A DNA stretch of 64,000 bases from Candidatus Poribacteria bacterium (GCA_965218095.1 OZ244587.1:5728001-5792000); one strand, 5' to 3'. Positions 9,357-18,760 are shown, numbered from the stretch's first letter. A program made the numbers and translations. Notes: generated from the sequence alone by a model not told the origin.

Positions 9357-11930
9357 TCAGATACCCAACCAATAATTTAACTTGATGAGGAAGACATTAT
9401 CCCCCTTGTCAATGAAGCTCTTTCTTACACCTTCGTACAGGTTGAACTCTGGATTATCCACATCTATGAAGGCCCCACGAGATTGCGACCACACCGCAAA
9501 TAGGGTGCTTCCAGGCTGATACTCCCAGCGAAGTACCATGTTACTCCTCAACGATCGACGGATAAAATCCGGATTGTCGTCAACAAAAGTGTACGGGGCA
9601 AAGTCATACGAGTCGGGACGCGCTAGTTCTTTGAAGTTGCGGAAATTTCCGACCGTGGCAAACGGTTGGAGATACAGTTGGAACGTCAGATTGGTAGTGA
9701 AGGCAACAGTCGCTCGTGTTGTGAAGTCGAGTACTTGACTCCTCAACTCTCCAAATACGTAGTGATCGGTTTCGCCATCTCCATCATCGTCGATGTTCCT
9801 GACCCACTGCGCAAAATCTTTGGCATTTCGGTACGAAGGGCCAAGTTCGAACTGTAGATTGGACGCGGGACGAATGGAGGTGGTTATCTTAAGGCTTCGT
9901 TGCCAACTGGATGCACCGTCGGTTCGGTCTCCGAATACATCGAGAGACAGGCCAATTGCCCGACGATTATCAGTTTGTAGAAAAAACCAATACTCAATCT
10001 GAGCAGGTCGCACCATCACGGGGCCGCCTCGTGTTTCAAGATCGTCTCTCGCCTCGAATTCTCGACTGATTCCGACGTTAAAGAACCAGTAATTCTTCAG
10101 GTTATGCCAAGTGTTGAAATTGATTCCCTTCCTTAAACCTACACCGTCATAATTCCAGTGTGACCAGGCATTGAAGTTAAAAAACGACTCGCGAGCAAGC
10201 ACCCAGGGCTGCCGAATATGTGTATAAACGTGCCCTCCTGACTGGACTCGGTTCGTCCGATTCATGAATCCCAGATCATTGGCGTCAAACTCGGGGGATC
10301 GCGCATCTAGATATAGTTGTCCTCCAAACCCGCCAGAGAACTTGGAAAAGTAGGCAATGGCTTCATAACCGTCGGCTTGATTATTGGTAGCATCGCTTCG
10401 GCTGCCTACCAGCCGTGTGAAGATGCGGTACGCATTCTCCTTCCACTTGAGAGTTCCGTCAATGCTTGCGACATAGGCAGCTTCGACATCATGCCGATTC
10501 ACGGCTGTAATCGTGCCCCCTATTGTCGAGTGCGTTCGCAAATCCTGCTGTACTCTTGCGGTAAGGAAGTTCGTAAAGGGTTCAATGCGATGCCGCTGTC
10601 GTTCTGTTTGTTCCAACCCTGTCTGCTTATCGATTAAGATCTGTTCGACAGTAGCGTATTCGCTTGCGGTTATGGCCTCCAAAATGCTGAAGGACGTTTT
10701 CTTCACGGTCTTCCCAGAGAGTTTCGCTGCACCTAAGATAGTTGTAGAATCCGGACGGTCGATAATCACGCCGCCGTCAGGTGTCGAAGAGTGCCCTGGT
10801 TGCTTTCCGATGCGTCGGGAGTAAAAGAGTTGGGCGGGACCATCGATGCCGACAATCTGCGGTTGTGGGAACCGGAAGATTGTATTCCCCTCGATAAAAA
10901 AGGGACGCCTCTCCTCAAAAAAGTTCTCGAACACCGACAGATTCAGCACTGCAGGATCAGTTTCAACTTGCCCAAAGTCGGGATTGAATGTTGCATTGAG
11001 CGAAATGTTGGGCGAAAGACCATATCGCAGGTCCATGCCTACACTCGAAAACAGCTCATGGCTGTCAATGTATGCATCGCTCTTGCTTTCGAACGTTGCG
11101 CGAGCCCTCATAAAGGGAAGAAACTCCAGGTGTGTGGGAGGCTTTATGCCCTTGATGCCTTCGAGGTGCCCCAAGCGGGAGACCCAACCACCTGTCCCTC
11201 GTGGAACTACGATCCACTGGTCATGCTCTTCTTTCCGCGTGATGTATCGTTCAATATTTGTTCCCCATATATACTCTGCACTGGCACCGAATCGTAGAAC
11301 ATGGTATGGAATTTTGTACTCGATGCTCCACCCTTGGTCATGGACTGAGGTCTTGGCTTGCCAAACGCCATCCCATGTATCGTCTCGCGAAGTGTCGTCG
11401 TAGAGCGTGCCATCACGTATCCATCCAGAGGGACCGACAACAAAGAAACGACCGTTCTGGTGATCGTGGTGCGGGTCAAGGCTAATTGAAACCCAGTCTG
11501 ATTTAAGTTCCTGATCTCGCCGACCCATGCGAGAGACAATCTTATCCGGCTCGCTGTCATAGCACATGATACCAATATAGAGCGCGTTGTCATCGTAGGC
11601 AACTTGCACATTTGTCCGCTCTGTGGGGAGCTCCCCTTCGTCCGGGTCCTTTTGAGTGAAATTGTGGTAGGATGGGGCGTATTTCCAGACTTCATCACTC
11701 AGAACCCCATCAATCTTGGGAGGCATGGGATTAACGCGGACGGCAGTCATAGTTTTTTCGGGATGATTGCTTTCTGTTCCCTGACCCCAAAGCTGGCTAG
11801 ATGAGCCGAGGACACAGAGCGCTAGAGCAGTCCAGCCCAACGCCAACCGATAAAATTCTCGGACAGGGCAAGTCACACAGGAACCGCCGGTCTTTTTACT
11901 TTGCACCGGTTTGCAATTGGCTTTTATCAT
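9357..11930 (-). CDS. CBM9-like + DUF5916 outer-membrane protein
   Basis: PKIDGVLSDEVW, AYDDNALYIG, NPDFGQVETD, FEERRPFFIEG, LFYSRRIG; beta-barrel-like C-terminus IKLNYW. Confidence 0.85.
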   Translation of the reverse strand: MIKANCKPVQSKKTGGSCVTCPVREFYRLALGWTALALCVLGSSSQLWGQGTESNHPEKTMTAVRVNPMPPKIDGVLSDEVWKYAPSYHNFTQKDPDEGELPTERTNVQVAYDDNALYIGIMCYDSEPDKIVSRMGRRDQELKSDWVSISLDPHHDHQNGRFFVVGPSGWIRDGTLYDDTSRDDTWDGVWQAKTSVHDQGWSIEYKIPYHVLRFGASAEYIWGTNIERYITRKEEHDQWIVVPRGTGGWVSRLGHLEGIKGIKPPTHLEFLPFMRARATFESKSDAYIDSHELFSSVGMDLRYGLSPNISLNATFNPDFGQVETDPAVLNLSVFENFFEERRPFFIEGNTIFRFPQPQIVGIDGPAQLFYSRRIGKQPGHSSTPDGGVIIDRPDSTTILGAAKLSGKTVKKTSFSILEAITASEYATVEQILIDKQTGLEQTERQRHRIEPFTNFLTARVQQDLRTHSTIGGTITAVNRHDVEAAYVASIDGTLKWKENAYRIFTRLVGSRSDATNNQADGYEAIAYFSKFSGGFGGQLYLDARSPEFDANDLGFMNRTNRVQSGGHVYTHIRQPWVLARESFFNFNAWSHWNYDGVGLRKGINFNTWHNLKNYWFFNVGISREFEARDDLETRGGPVMVRPAQIEYWFFLQTDNRRAIGLSLDVFGDRTDGASSWQRSLKITTSIRPASNLQFELGPSYRNAKDFAQWVRNIDDDGDGETDHYVFGELRSQVLDFTTRATVAFTTNLTFQLYLQPFATVGNFRNFKELARPDSYDFAPYTFVDDNPDFIRRSLRSNMVLRWEYQPGSTLFAVWSQSRGAFIDVDNPEFNLYEGVRKSFIDKGDNVFLIKLNYWLGI

Positions 11931-12112
11931 ATACTTGATGACCTTTTTTAATAGGTGTGTAACTTGACTTTGTCAGATTAGAAATTGCCTGATAGAATTT
12001 AGTAGAAATCGATGTTCATTTTGTCAGGTGGAACTTGAGAAGAAGGATCAAGCCGCCTGGGTTTTTGGCGGGTCGCGCGATGATTACAGCGTTTCCCGAA
12101 TTCGCGACAGCA

Positions 12113-12128
12113 AAATGTCAACACGCCC
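12113..12128. mobile_element. Orphan IS5-type terminal inverted repeat
   Basis: AAATGTCAACACGCCC followed by TA, related to the TIRs of copies 1-3. Confidence 0.6.
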
Positions 12129-12251
12129 TAGTTTGAAACCAAAGATCCAATCATAGCAACGATCTATTCTTTGCAAGTCGAATATGTAAATCTTTGCAAG
12201 TCGAATATGTAAATTCTACAACCCTTGTGGAAATTACATCCTCACCAACTA

Positions 12252-13071
12252 GGTTCTGTTGACATTTGAGTATAAGGTTGTGGCATAATAGAAGAATGAC
12301 GCCAATAACCTTACCTGATGAACAATGGAATAAGATATACCGGTTTCTTCTAAGCTGTCCCACCATCTATGTTGGCGACGAAGCTGCTCCACGCCGCTTC
12401 GTCGAAGCGGTTCTGTGGGTGACTCGTAGTGGGGCTCAATGGAGACTTCTACCAGACACCTATGGCAAATGGAACACCCGCTACAAGCGGTTTGCTCGAT
12501 GGTGCGACAAAGGTATCTTCACACAGATGCACCACCACTTTGCCTCTGACCCTGATATCGAGTCGCTTATTGTGGACAATACCATCTGCCGCGCTCACCC
12601 GTCTGCGGCGGGCACCTTAAAAAAAACGGTGGCACTGAAAGCCAAGCATTAGGTCGGTCTCGGGGCGGTTTCAGTACAAAAAATCACATCACAGTTGACG
12701 GACTAGGCAATCCCCTAAGAATTCATCTGACACCCGGTCAGAGACATGACATAACTGAGGCGGAAGGGTTGATAATCGGATATAACAGTGAATATGTGAT
12801 TGGAGATAAGGGGTACGATTCGGACGCTTTTATCGCGGTTATTGAGGCGAATGGAGCGATTGCGGTGATACCGCCAAAAAGTCATCGTGTTGACCAAAGA
12901 ACGTATGACAAACACTTATACAAAGAGAGACATCGGGTTGAATGTTTCATTAACAAGATAAAATGGTATCGTCGTATCTTCTCTCGGTTTGAGAAACTAG
13001 CTGTCCGTTATTTTGGATTTCTCAGCTTTGTCTCCACTCTTATATGGCTCCCTTAAAATGTCAACAGAACC
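12252..13071 (+). mobile_element. IS5-family element copy 3 (most intact; likely -1 frameshift at A8 12619-12626)
   Basis: Perfect 16-bp TIRs flanked by TA; orfA and orfB overlap at a poly-A slippery site; near-identical to copy 1 in inverted orientation. Confidence 0.93.
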
Positions 13072-13928
13072 TAGTCTAGGACGTTAATCCGCAAGTTATC
13101 AATTAGGTGTGTACGACCGATGAATACGGCAAGTGCAATTAAAATCTCTCCGTGTATCTGTTCCCTCGGTTCAAGACAGTTTGCATCAACAATATCAATG
13201 TAGTCAATCCGGGCCGGTTTTTCTTCGCCGATCAACGCCCGCATTGCATCAATAATCCTTGTTGAACTGCGCACACCGGCTCCGATCAGGTCTTGTGCAA
13301 GTTCCAAAGATTGATAAAGCACAGTCGCTGAATGCCGTTCCTCTGGATTCAGGTAGCGGTTTCGTGAACTCATCGCGAGGTCATCCGGTTCGCGGATAGT
13401 GGGCATTGGGACAATCTCGGTATCAAAATTGAGATCTGCAACCATTCGCTGGATGACGGCAAGCTGCTGGGCATCCTTCTGCCCGAAGTAAGCGCGGTGG
13501 GGCAGGACAATGTTAAATAGCTTGGAGACGACAGTCATCACCCCGCGGAAATGACCGGGACGTGAGGCGCCACAGAGCCCTTCCGTGAGCGCGCCGGTCA
13601 CTTCGATAAAGGTCACACTCCCCGCCGGCGGATACATCCCCTCAACTGTCGGGGCGAAGATCAGATCAACGCCCTCTGCTTCCAATAACCGTCGATCATG
13701 CTCGAAATCGCGCGGGTAGCTAGTAAAGTCTTCATTCGGTCCAAACTGCGTCGGATTTACGAAGACGCTGACCACGACGAAGTCGTTATCGGCGCGCGCA
13801 CCGCGGACAAGGCTGAGATGCCCTTCGTGGAGAAAGCCCATCGTCGGAACAAGGCCGATCTGTTTTCCTTCGGCGCGGCAAGCACGACAATAAGCTTGTG
13901 TTTCTGATGGAGATATGAGGGTTTTCAT
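13071..13928 (-). CDS. panC: Pantoate--beta-alanine ligase
   Basis: VPTMGFLHEGHLSL, FVNPTQF, SRPGHFRGV, FGQKDAQQ, LAMSSRN, LIDN; start taken at MKTLIS. Confidence 0.97.
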   Translation of the reverse strand: MKTLISPSETQAYCRACRAEGKQIGLVPTMGFLHEGHLSLVRGARADNDFVVVSVFVNPTQFGPNEDFTSYPRDFEHDRRLLEAEGVDLIFAPTVEGMYPPAGSVTFIEVTGALTEGLCGASRPGHFRGVMTVVSKLFNIVLPHRAYFGQKDAQQLAVIQRMVADLNFDTEIVPMPTIREPDDLAMSSRNRYLNPEERHSATVLYQSLELAQDLIGAGVRSSTRIIDAMRALIGEEKPARIDYIDIVDANCLEPREQIHGEILIALAVFIGRTHLIDNLRINVLD

Positions 13929-13956
13929 AAGCGTAAAACGTGAAGCGATTAAGGAG

Positions 13957-14604
13957 TTACGATGCACCCCCAACTTCAAGGCGGAAGAATAGTTTTCCCA
14001 TAATCAACTCATCACCGTGATTCAATGAGGCTTTCTGTCCCTGCACAAGCCGTTTGCCTCGATTGATAAACGTCCCGTTGAGGCTCCCGAGATCTTCGAT
14101 GAAATACCCCCCATTTTCAAAAGTTACCTTCGCGTGACTGCGAGAGATTTTGCTGTCGAGGTTTTCATCCGCGAGGTCAATCTTAGGGAAATGCCTGTTC
14201 TCCGCATCCCGCCGACCCATGCGAATCTCTGGGGAATCAAGCGCGTAGATTTTTCCGACCGGACCGTTTCGCAAGATAACGAGCTTTGCATCCCCATTGG
14301 TTGAGGCGCGGTTGTCTGGAATTGGCACGGGTAGAGGCATCGGTGAAGCGACCGCGTCCGGTACACTCTGTGATGAAATTTGCGTTTCTAGCGCCTGTAC
14401 TGGGAAAGAGAGCGCCGGTAGCAGCGGCGATGGTAATTCTGCTGCTTCCTGTTTTTCTTCGACAACTTCGACGTCAATCACATCCGTATCGGCGGTAACT
14501 TGGTTCCTGAGATCGCTGCCGCAATCGTCGCAAAAATCGAGACCATCTGGATTAGAATATCCACAGACCTTTCCATCGATAATGGCTTGACATATAATTG
14601 GCAT
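13957..14604 (-). CDS. Zinc-ribbon + Pro-rich linker + FHA domain protein
   Basis: N-terminal C...CGYSN....FCDDCG; FHA motifs GR, ISRSHA, DLGSLNGTFIN, GDELIMG; SD ggagg. Confidence 0.9.
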   Translation of the reverse strand: MPIICQAIIDGKVCGYSNPDGLDFCDDCGSDLRNQVTADTDVIDVEVVEEKQEAAELPSPLLPALSFPVQALETQISSQSVPDAVASPMPLPVPIPDNRASTNGDAKLVILRNGPVGKIYALDSPEIRMGRRDAENRHFPKIDLADENLDSKISRSHAKVTFENGGYFIEDLGSLNGTFINRGKRLVQGQKASLNHGDELIMGKLFFRLEVGGAS

Positions 14605-14619
14605 TTTGCCCTCCTGCCT

Positions 14620-14690
14620 TTCTGTTGATCAGGATTAGGGTGAAAGGTTACAATATTCCTATCGTCTAACCTTCACGCCCAATCCCGGAT
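14620..14690. other. Imperfect inverted repeat between the sigma-PafA and FHA genes
   Basis: ggattagggtgaaaggtta ... taaccttcacgcccaatcc. Confidence 0.5.
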
Positions 14691-14756
14691 AATCTATAGC
14701 CCATGTTTCATGAGTGCGTTAGATAACGTTTAAGGAGGGGATGCCGTTTCGATAGT

Positions 14757-16811
14757 TCAGTTTGTTGGTTTGGGCGTCAAGGCAAAGTGGGGCGCTCCCT
14801 GCTTCTGCGCTGCTTGATACACTTCCACTGCTTGTGGAAAATCCTCTGGCGCAAGATCTTCTTCTTCAAATTCCGGTTGCAACGGATCAAGCATGAGAAA
14901 CAGTTTCTGATACGGTTCATAGAGTTGGATATAACTCCAATTGACGCCGCACAGAACTTCCTGTTCATTCGCCAACTTGACGAATCTACCGCGAAATTTG
15001 GCGCGAGTAGTTTCGGGCGGATGGTGCATCGCATACTTAATATCGTCGTCAGTAACGATTCGTTCAACGAGTCCTTCTTTCAGAAGTTTGTGATACAGCC
15101 CAATCTCTGGCTGAATGTCGTGATATTGAAGATCCAGTTCTGCGACTTCATCGGAATCCCACGCTAAGCCTCGACGATTAACCTCCGTATCAATCAGTTT
15201 CTTCTTAATCACCCAATCGATCTCGCGATCCAGTTGCATCGGATCCCTTTCCAGACGGCTCAACACAGATTCCCATTTTGCCATGATCTGATCGGTCATT
15301 GGATCCGATTCGGTCTGATCAAAGTACCGTTTCGCAAGCTCCAGGTATTCTCGCTGCATCCCGATCGCTGAGAGCTGTCTCCCGTTCGCCAATTCAACCT
15401 TTTGGGTACAGGTCGTATCCGCTGAAATCTGCTTGATGGCACGCACCGAGTCGCGTAGAGTCAAACCGTCTCCGAGAAAATTATCCTCTATTATGCGCAC
15501 GACGATCGCCGTCGTCCCGATCTTGAGGTACGTCGCAAATTCGGACATATTGTTGTCACCGGAAGTTACGTGCAACCGTCGATATTTTGTTGCATCCGCA
15601 TAGATTGCATCATCACACAGATTGATGATGCCGCGTACCTGATGGTCCGAAGTGATCTGCTCATGGATATGTTCGGCGCGTTGGGAGAGGGCGTATCCCC
15701 CTCGATCTGTAGGTTTGACTTGACCCGAGCCCGTGAAGATCTGGCGTGTGACCAGAAAGGGAACAAGCTGCAAAGATAGCTGCTCGTCGGTCACATGACT
15801 CGCCATCAGATAGTTTTCGTGGCAGCCATAGGTGCCAGAGCAACCTTTGTAAACGGAGATACGCTGCGTAAATCCATCGGCTCGCATCTTCTTCGCCGCG
15901 GAATCGAACAAACGCTGGAGGATTCGTTCTCCGGCTTTCTCGTGCGTAACCACATCAACGACATTATCGCACTCAGGGGTTGCATATTCAGGGAGGCGCC
16001 CCCGGTCTTGATAGAATCGCGCCCCATTTTCCAGAAACACATCGGGGTACATCCGACCTGAAATAATCTCACGGAAGAGGTACACAATGACATCTTCTCT
16101 CGGTAGAGGTTTTTCTCCCCCGGATTCAACCTGAAAATCATACTCGGACTCAATTCCAAGGATGCGACGCTGCAACGATTTTGGTTTCAAGATTCCTTCT
16201 GACATTTTGTAAATCTCCTCTCTAAGGTATGCCCGCTCAATCTGCAACGGTCCGGGACTGGCGGCAAAGGCGGGTTCTTTCGATAGTTTCTCTTTGACCT
16301 GCTGTTTTGCCTGCTGTAGCCGTCCTGAAACGGTTGATGTTGAGAGATCAAGGGTTGTCGCAATGTTTCGGTACGACCAACCTTCCAGATAGAGCAGAAA
16401 CACCCGTTGGTTGTTAGCAGGGAGCGCCGCCACTGCCTTGACGATAGTATCGGAGAGTTCACGTCCTTCGGCGAAAGCATCTGGTGTGGGCGAACCATCT
16501 GGCACGTCAGCGGCGTCTGAGGCTTCGAGTGATTCGAGCGTCAAACGCCGTTTCCGCAACGAGGCGTGGCACAGGTTGCGCGTAATGCGGTACATCCAGC
16601 CCGCAATTTTCTCTCGATCTTGCAGCGTTGCCAGGTGCTGATAGGCCTGGATAAACGCCTCCTGGACAAGATCTTCTGCCTCTGACAGATTGCCCACTTG
16701 CGACAACGCCAGGTTTAACAAACCCGGCTGATGCTGCTCCATCAAGCGCGCAAAAGCGTTTTGGTCCCCCTGAAGGGTTAGGTTGACTAACATTGCATCG
16801 AGCGATGACAT
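14757..16811 (-). CDS. ECF sigma-70 factor fused to a PafA-like Pup/UBact ligase domain
   Basis: aa 1-175: sigma region 2 (AEDLVQEAFIQAY...GWMYRITRNL) and region 4 (LEGWSYRNIA..LDLSTSTVSGRL). From about aa 213: RRILGIESEY, FLENGARFYQD, PEYATPECD, YGCHENY, PFLVTRQ, LSQRAEH, YRRLHV..GD.NMSE, IDWVIKK, LDLQYHDI, PPETTRA, VNWS. Confidence 0.93.
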   Translation of the reverse strand: MSSLDAMLVNLTLQGDQNAFARLMEQHQPGLLNLALSQVGNLSEAEDLVQEAFIQAYQHLATLQDREKIAGWMYRITRNLCHASLRKRRLTLESLEASDAADVPDGSPTPDAFAEGRELSDTIVKAVAALPANNQRVFLLYLEGWSYRNIATTLDLSTSTVSGRLQQAKQQVKEKLSKEPAFAASPGPLQIERAYLREEIYKMSEGILKPKSLQRRILGIESEYDFQVESGGEKPLPREDVIVYLFREIISGRMYPDVFLENGARFYQDRGRLPEYATPECDNVVDVVTHEKAGERILQRLFDSAAKKMRADGFTQRISVYKGCSGTYGCHENYLMASHVTDEQLSLQLVPFLVTRQIFTGSGQVKPTDRGGYALSQRAEHIHEQITSDHQVRGIINLCDDAIYADATKYRRLHVTSGDNNMSEFATYLKIGTTAIVVRIIEDNFLGDGLTLRDSVRAIKQISADTTCTQKVELANGRQLSAIGMQREYLELAKRYFDQTESDPMTDQIMAKWESVLSRLERDPMQLDREIDWVIKKKLIDTEVNRRGLAWDSDEVAELDLQYHDIQPEIGLYHKLLKEGLVERIVTDDDIKYAMHHPPETTRAKFRGRFVKLANEQEVLCGVNWSYIQLYEPYQKLFLMLDPLQPEFEEEDLAPEDFPQAVEVYQAAQKQGAPHFALTPKPTN

Positions 16812-16844
16812 CGAAAGCCTCTCCTTTCGATCTGTTCACCTTAA

Positions 16845-16879
16845 TAGATGCGAAAATTGAGGAGATTCAATTTTTTTTT
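16845..16879 (-). promoter_or_regulatory. Candidate ECF-type (autoregulatory) promoter
   Basis: Minus strand: A9 tract, TTGAAT-16nt-TCTA (GCATCTA), then SD aaggag before ATG 16811. Confidence 0.5.
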
Positions 16880-16920
16880 GGGAGAGAGGTGATAAGTTGA
16901 ACGGTCCACTCTTACGCCTT

Positions 16921-17675
16921 TCACGTTTGGTTATTCAATTTGCAGTAAAGGGTCTTGCGGCCAATGCCCAACAGTTTGGCCGCTTCAGTCAAGTGTCCGT
17001 CAGATGGATGGCGTGGGCAATTAGTTCCTTGCCGGTTCCATTTTCACCGGTGATTAGAACGCTTGTGCCCTCTGCCTTTTGAAGACGCCGAATGTTCACC
17101 AGGATTTCGTCAAGGGTTTCGCTCTGTCCCACAAAGCCTGCAATCCCCCAACGTTCTGCGCCCCGCTCAGAAATCAGCGAAAGCTGTTCGTCAGCGGTTT
17201 GCAGTACATTTTCTGCACGTTCACGCTTGGCGATTTCCTGTTGGAGTTCTCTGTTTTTGTGGCGAAGCACCTGCGCCAGTCGAGCGTTTTTCAGGTGGGC
17301 CTCGACACGGAGGAGGGCTTCCTTGGTCCGAAAAGGCTTGGTGATGTAATCCACGGCGCCAACTTCAAAACCTTCGATGACACTCTCGGCTTCATCCTTG
17401 GCGGTGATAAAGATAATAGGAGTATCCGCTGTTACGTCATCTTCCCTGAGTTGACGATAGGTTTCAAAGCCGTTCATCCCCGGCATCAGGATATCCAAGA
17501 GGGCGAGGTCTAGTTTCACCTCCGGGGTAATTTTCAGGGCAATCGCTCCACTCGGGACTGCTGATACTTGATACCCTTCAGACTCAAGTGTTTGGCGTAG
17601 AATCTCCAGATTTTCGAGTTGGTCATCAACGATGAGGATTTTTACGTCGGTGGAGTCAATGTGTCTTTGATTCAT
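16921..17675 (-). pseudogene. Sigma54-dependent response regulator with the AAA core deleted
   Basis: Receiver (ILIVDD...DYITKPF), coiled coil and Walker A (GENGTGKELIA), joined out of frame to a Fis-HTH (LTEAAKLLGIGRKTLY) ending at 16921. Confidence 0.8.
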
Positions 17676-17679
17676 GACT

Positions 17680-18420
17680 TTAGCTCTCCCATTGTTGAAT
17701 CTCTGACAGAATCTCTGTAATCCCAGCCATATCATTGCTTTGACTCAAGCGTCGTAGATGTTCCGCGAGCTGTTGACCCACGGCGCTGACTTGAGCAACT
17801 TCGCCGAGATAGTTCTCAAATTCCGTCTGACTGTATAATTCCGCCGCTTGCTTCATGCGCGAGAGCAAGTCTTCCAGGAGTGTGATTGCTGAGAGATCCA
17901 AGGATACCGTATCCAACGACGTTGCTTCCGCATATTCGTATTTGACCTCCAAAAGCGTCGCCAAACACTGATAGATCTCCTCGGCACGGAAGGGTTTAGA
18001 GACAAACGCGTTGAAGCCTGCCGACAGATACCTCTCCCGTTCATGTGCAAAGGTCGAAGCCGAAATCTCGACGATTTTCACGCGCTCATCTTCTTCCTCA
18101 AATTCTTCCCAGATCTGCTGCGCTGCTTCCAAACCATTCATCACGGGCATACGAATGTCTATCAAGGCAATCTCCGGCTGATGTGCACGAAACATCTCCA
18201 CCGCCTGACGCCCATTTTTAGCCAACACTACCTCACAGCCGATGCTCGACAGCATTTCCGCCAAAATATCTCGATTCTCCTGGATGTCGTCGGTGATCAA
18301 GACTTTCACCGAACAGCCTGCTGCCAGGTGAGCGACTGGCGCCACCACCTCTGTTGAAGGCATGTCAACTGCTCCGGTGGCAGGTTCAAGCGGCACAGTG
18401 AAGAAGAAACGAGATCCTTT
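17680..18420 (-). pseudogene. C-terminal remnant of a hybrid histidine kinase (end of HATPase + receiver)
   Basis: KGSRFFFTVPL, then receiver (VLITDD, DIRMPVMNG, FVSKPF); the upstream part is replaced by repeats. Confidence 0.75.
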
Positions 18421-18760
18421 GCCCCCCGTTCCCCGTCCCTCTTGCCCCTCAACTTTGGGGGTATACCCGGCATTGGGGTTGATTTGATGTTTGTCCCAGA
18501 CTTTTTAGATAGGCTCTTAGCAAAAGGGGTGGAAATCCCCCCTACCCCCCCTTGGCAAAGGGGGGAACATACCCATATGCACCAAGCTATAACGTGCCTA
18601 ACCCCGTAGGGGTGGTATGTTTATAGAACCTACGCCAACCATTACCATTAACCCTAGCTCCGTAGGAGCAGCATGTTTTGCGAGCTGGCCCACATGTCGC
18701 CCCGATGGGGCTAAGGTTAGAGAAAACACGGATGCTATAGACATTTCGTCCCTTTGGGGC
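18421..18760. repeat. Cluster of REP-like palindromes
   Basis: CCCCCCTTGGCAAAGGGGGG hairpin; GTAG-type units ACCCCGTAGGGGT..ATGTTTATAG, AGCTCCGTAGGAGC..CATGT and inverted ACATGTCGCCCCGATGGGGCT, CTATAGACAT. Confidence 0.65.

Noticed and set aside
14605-14756. Search for a Pup/UBact small ORF next to the PafA fusion
   Set aside because: No ORF ending in GGE/GGQ/GE/GQ was seen; only a hairpin and a 5-codon MKHGL*.
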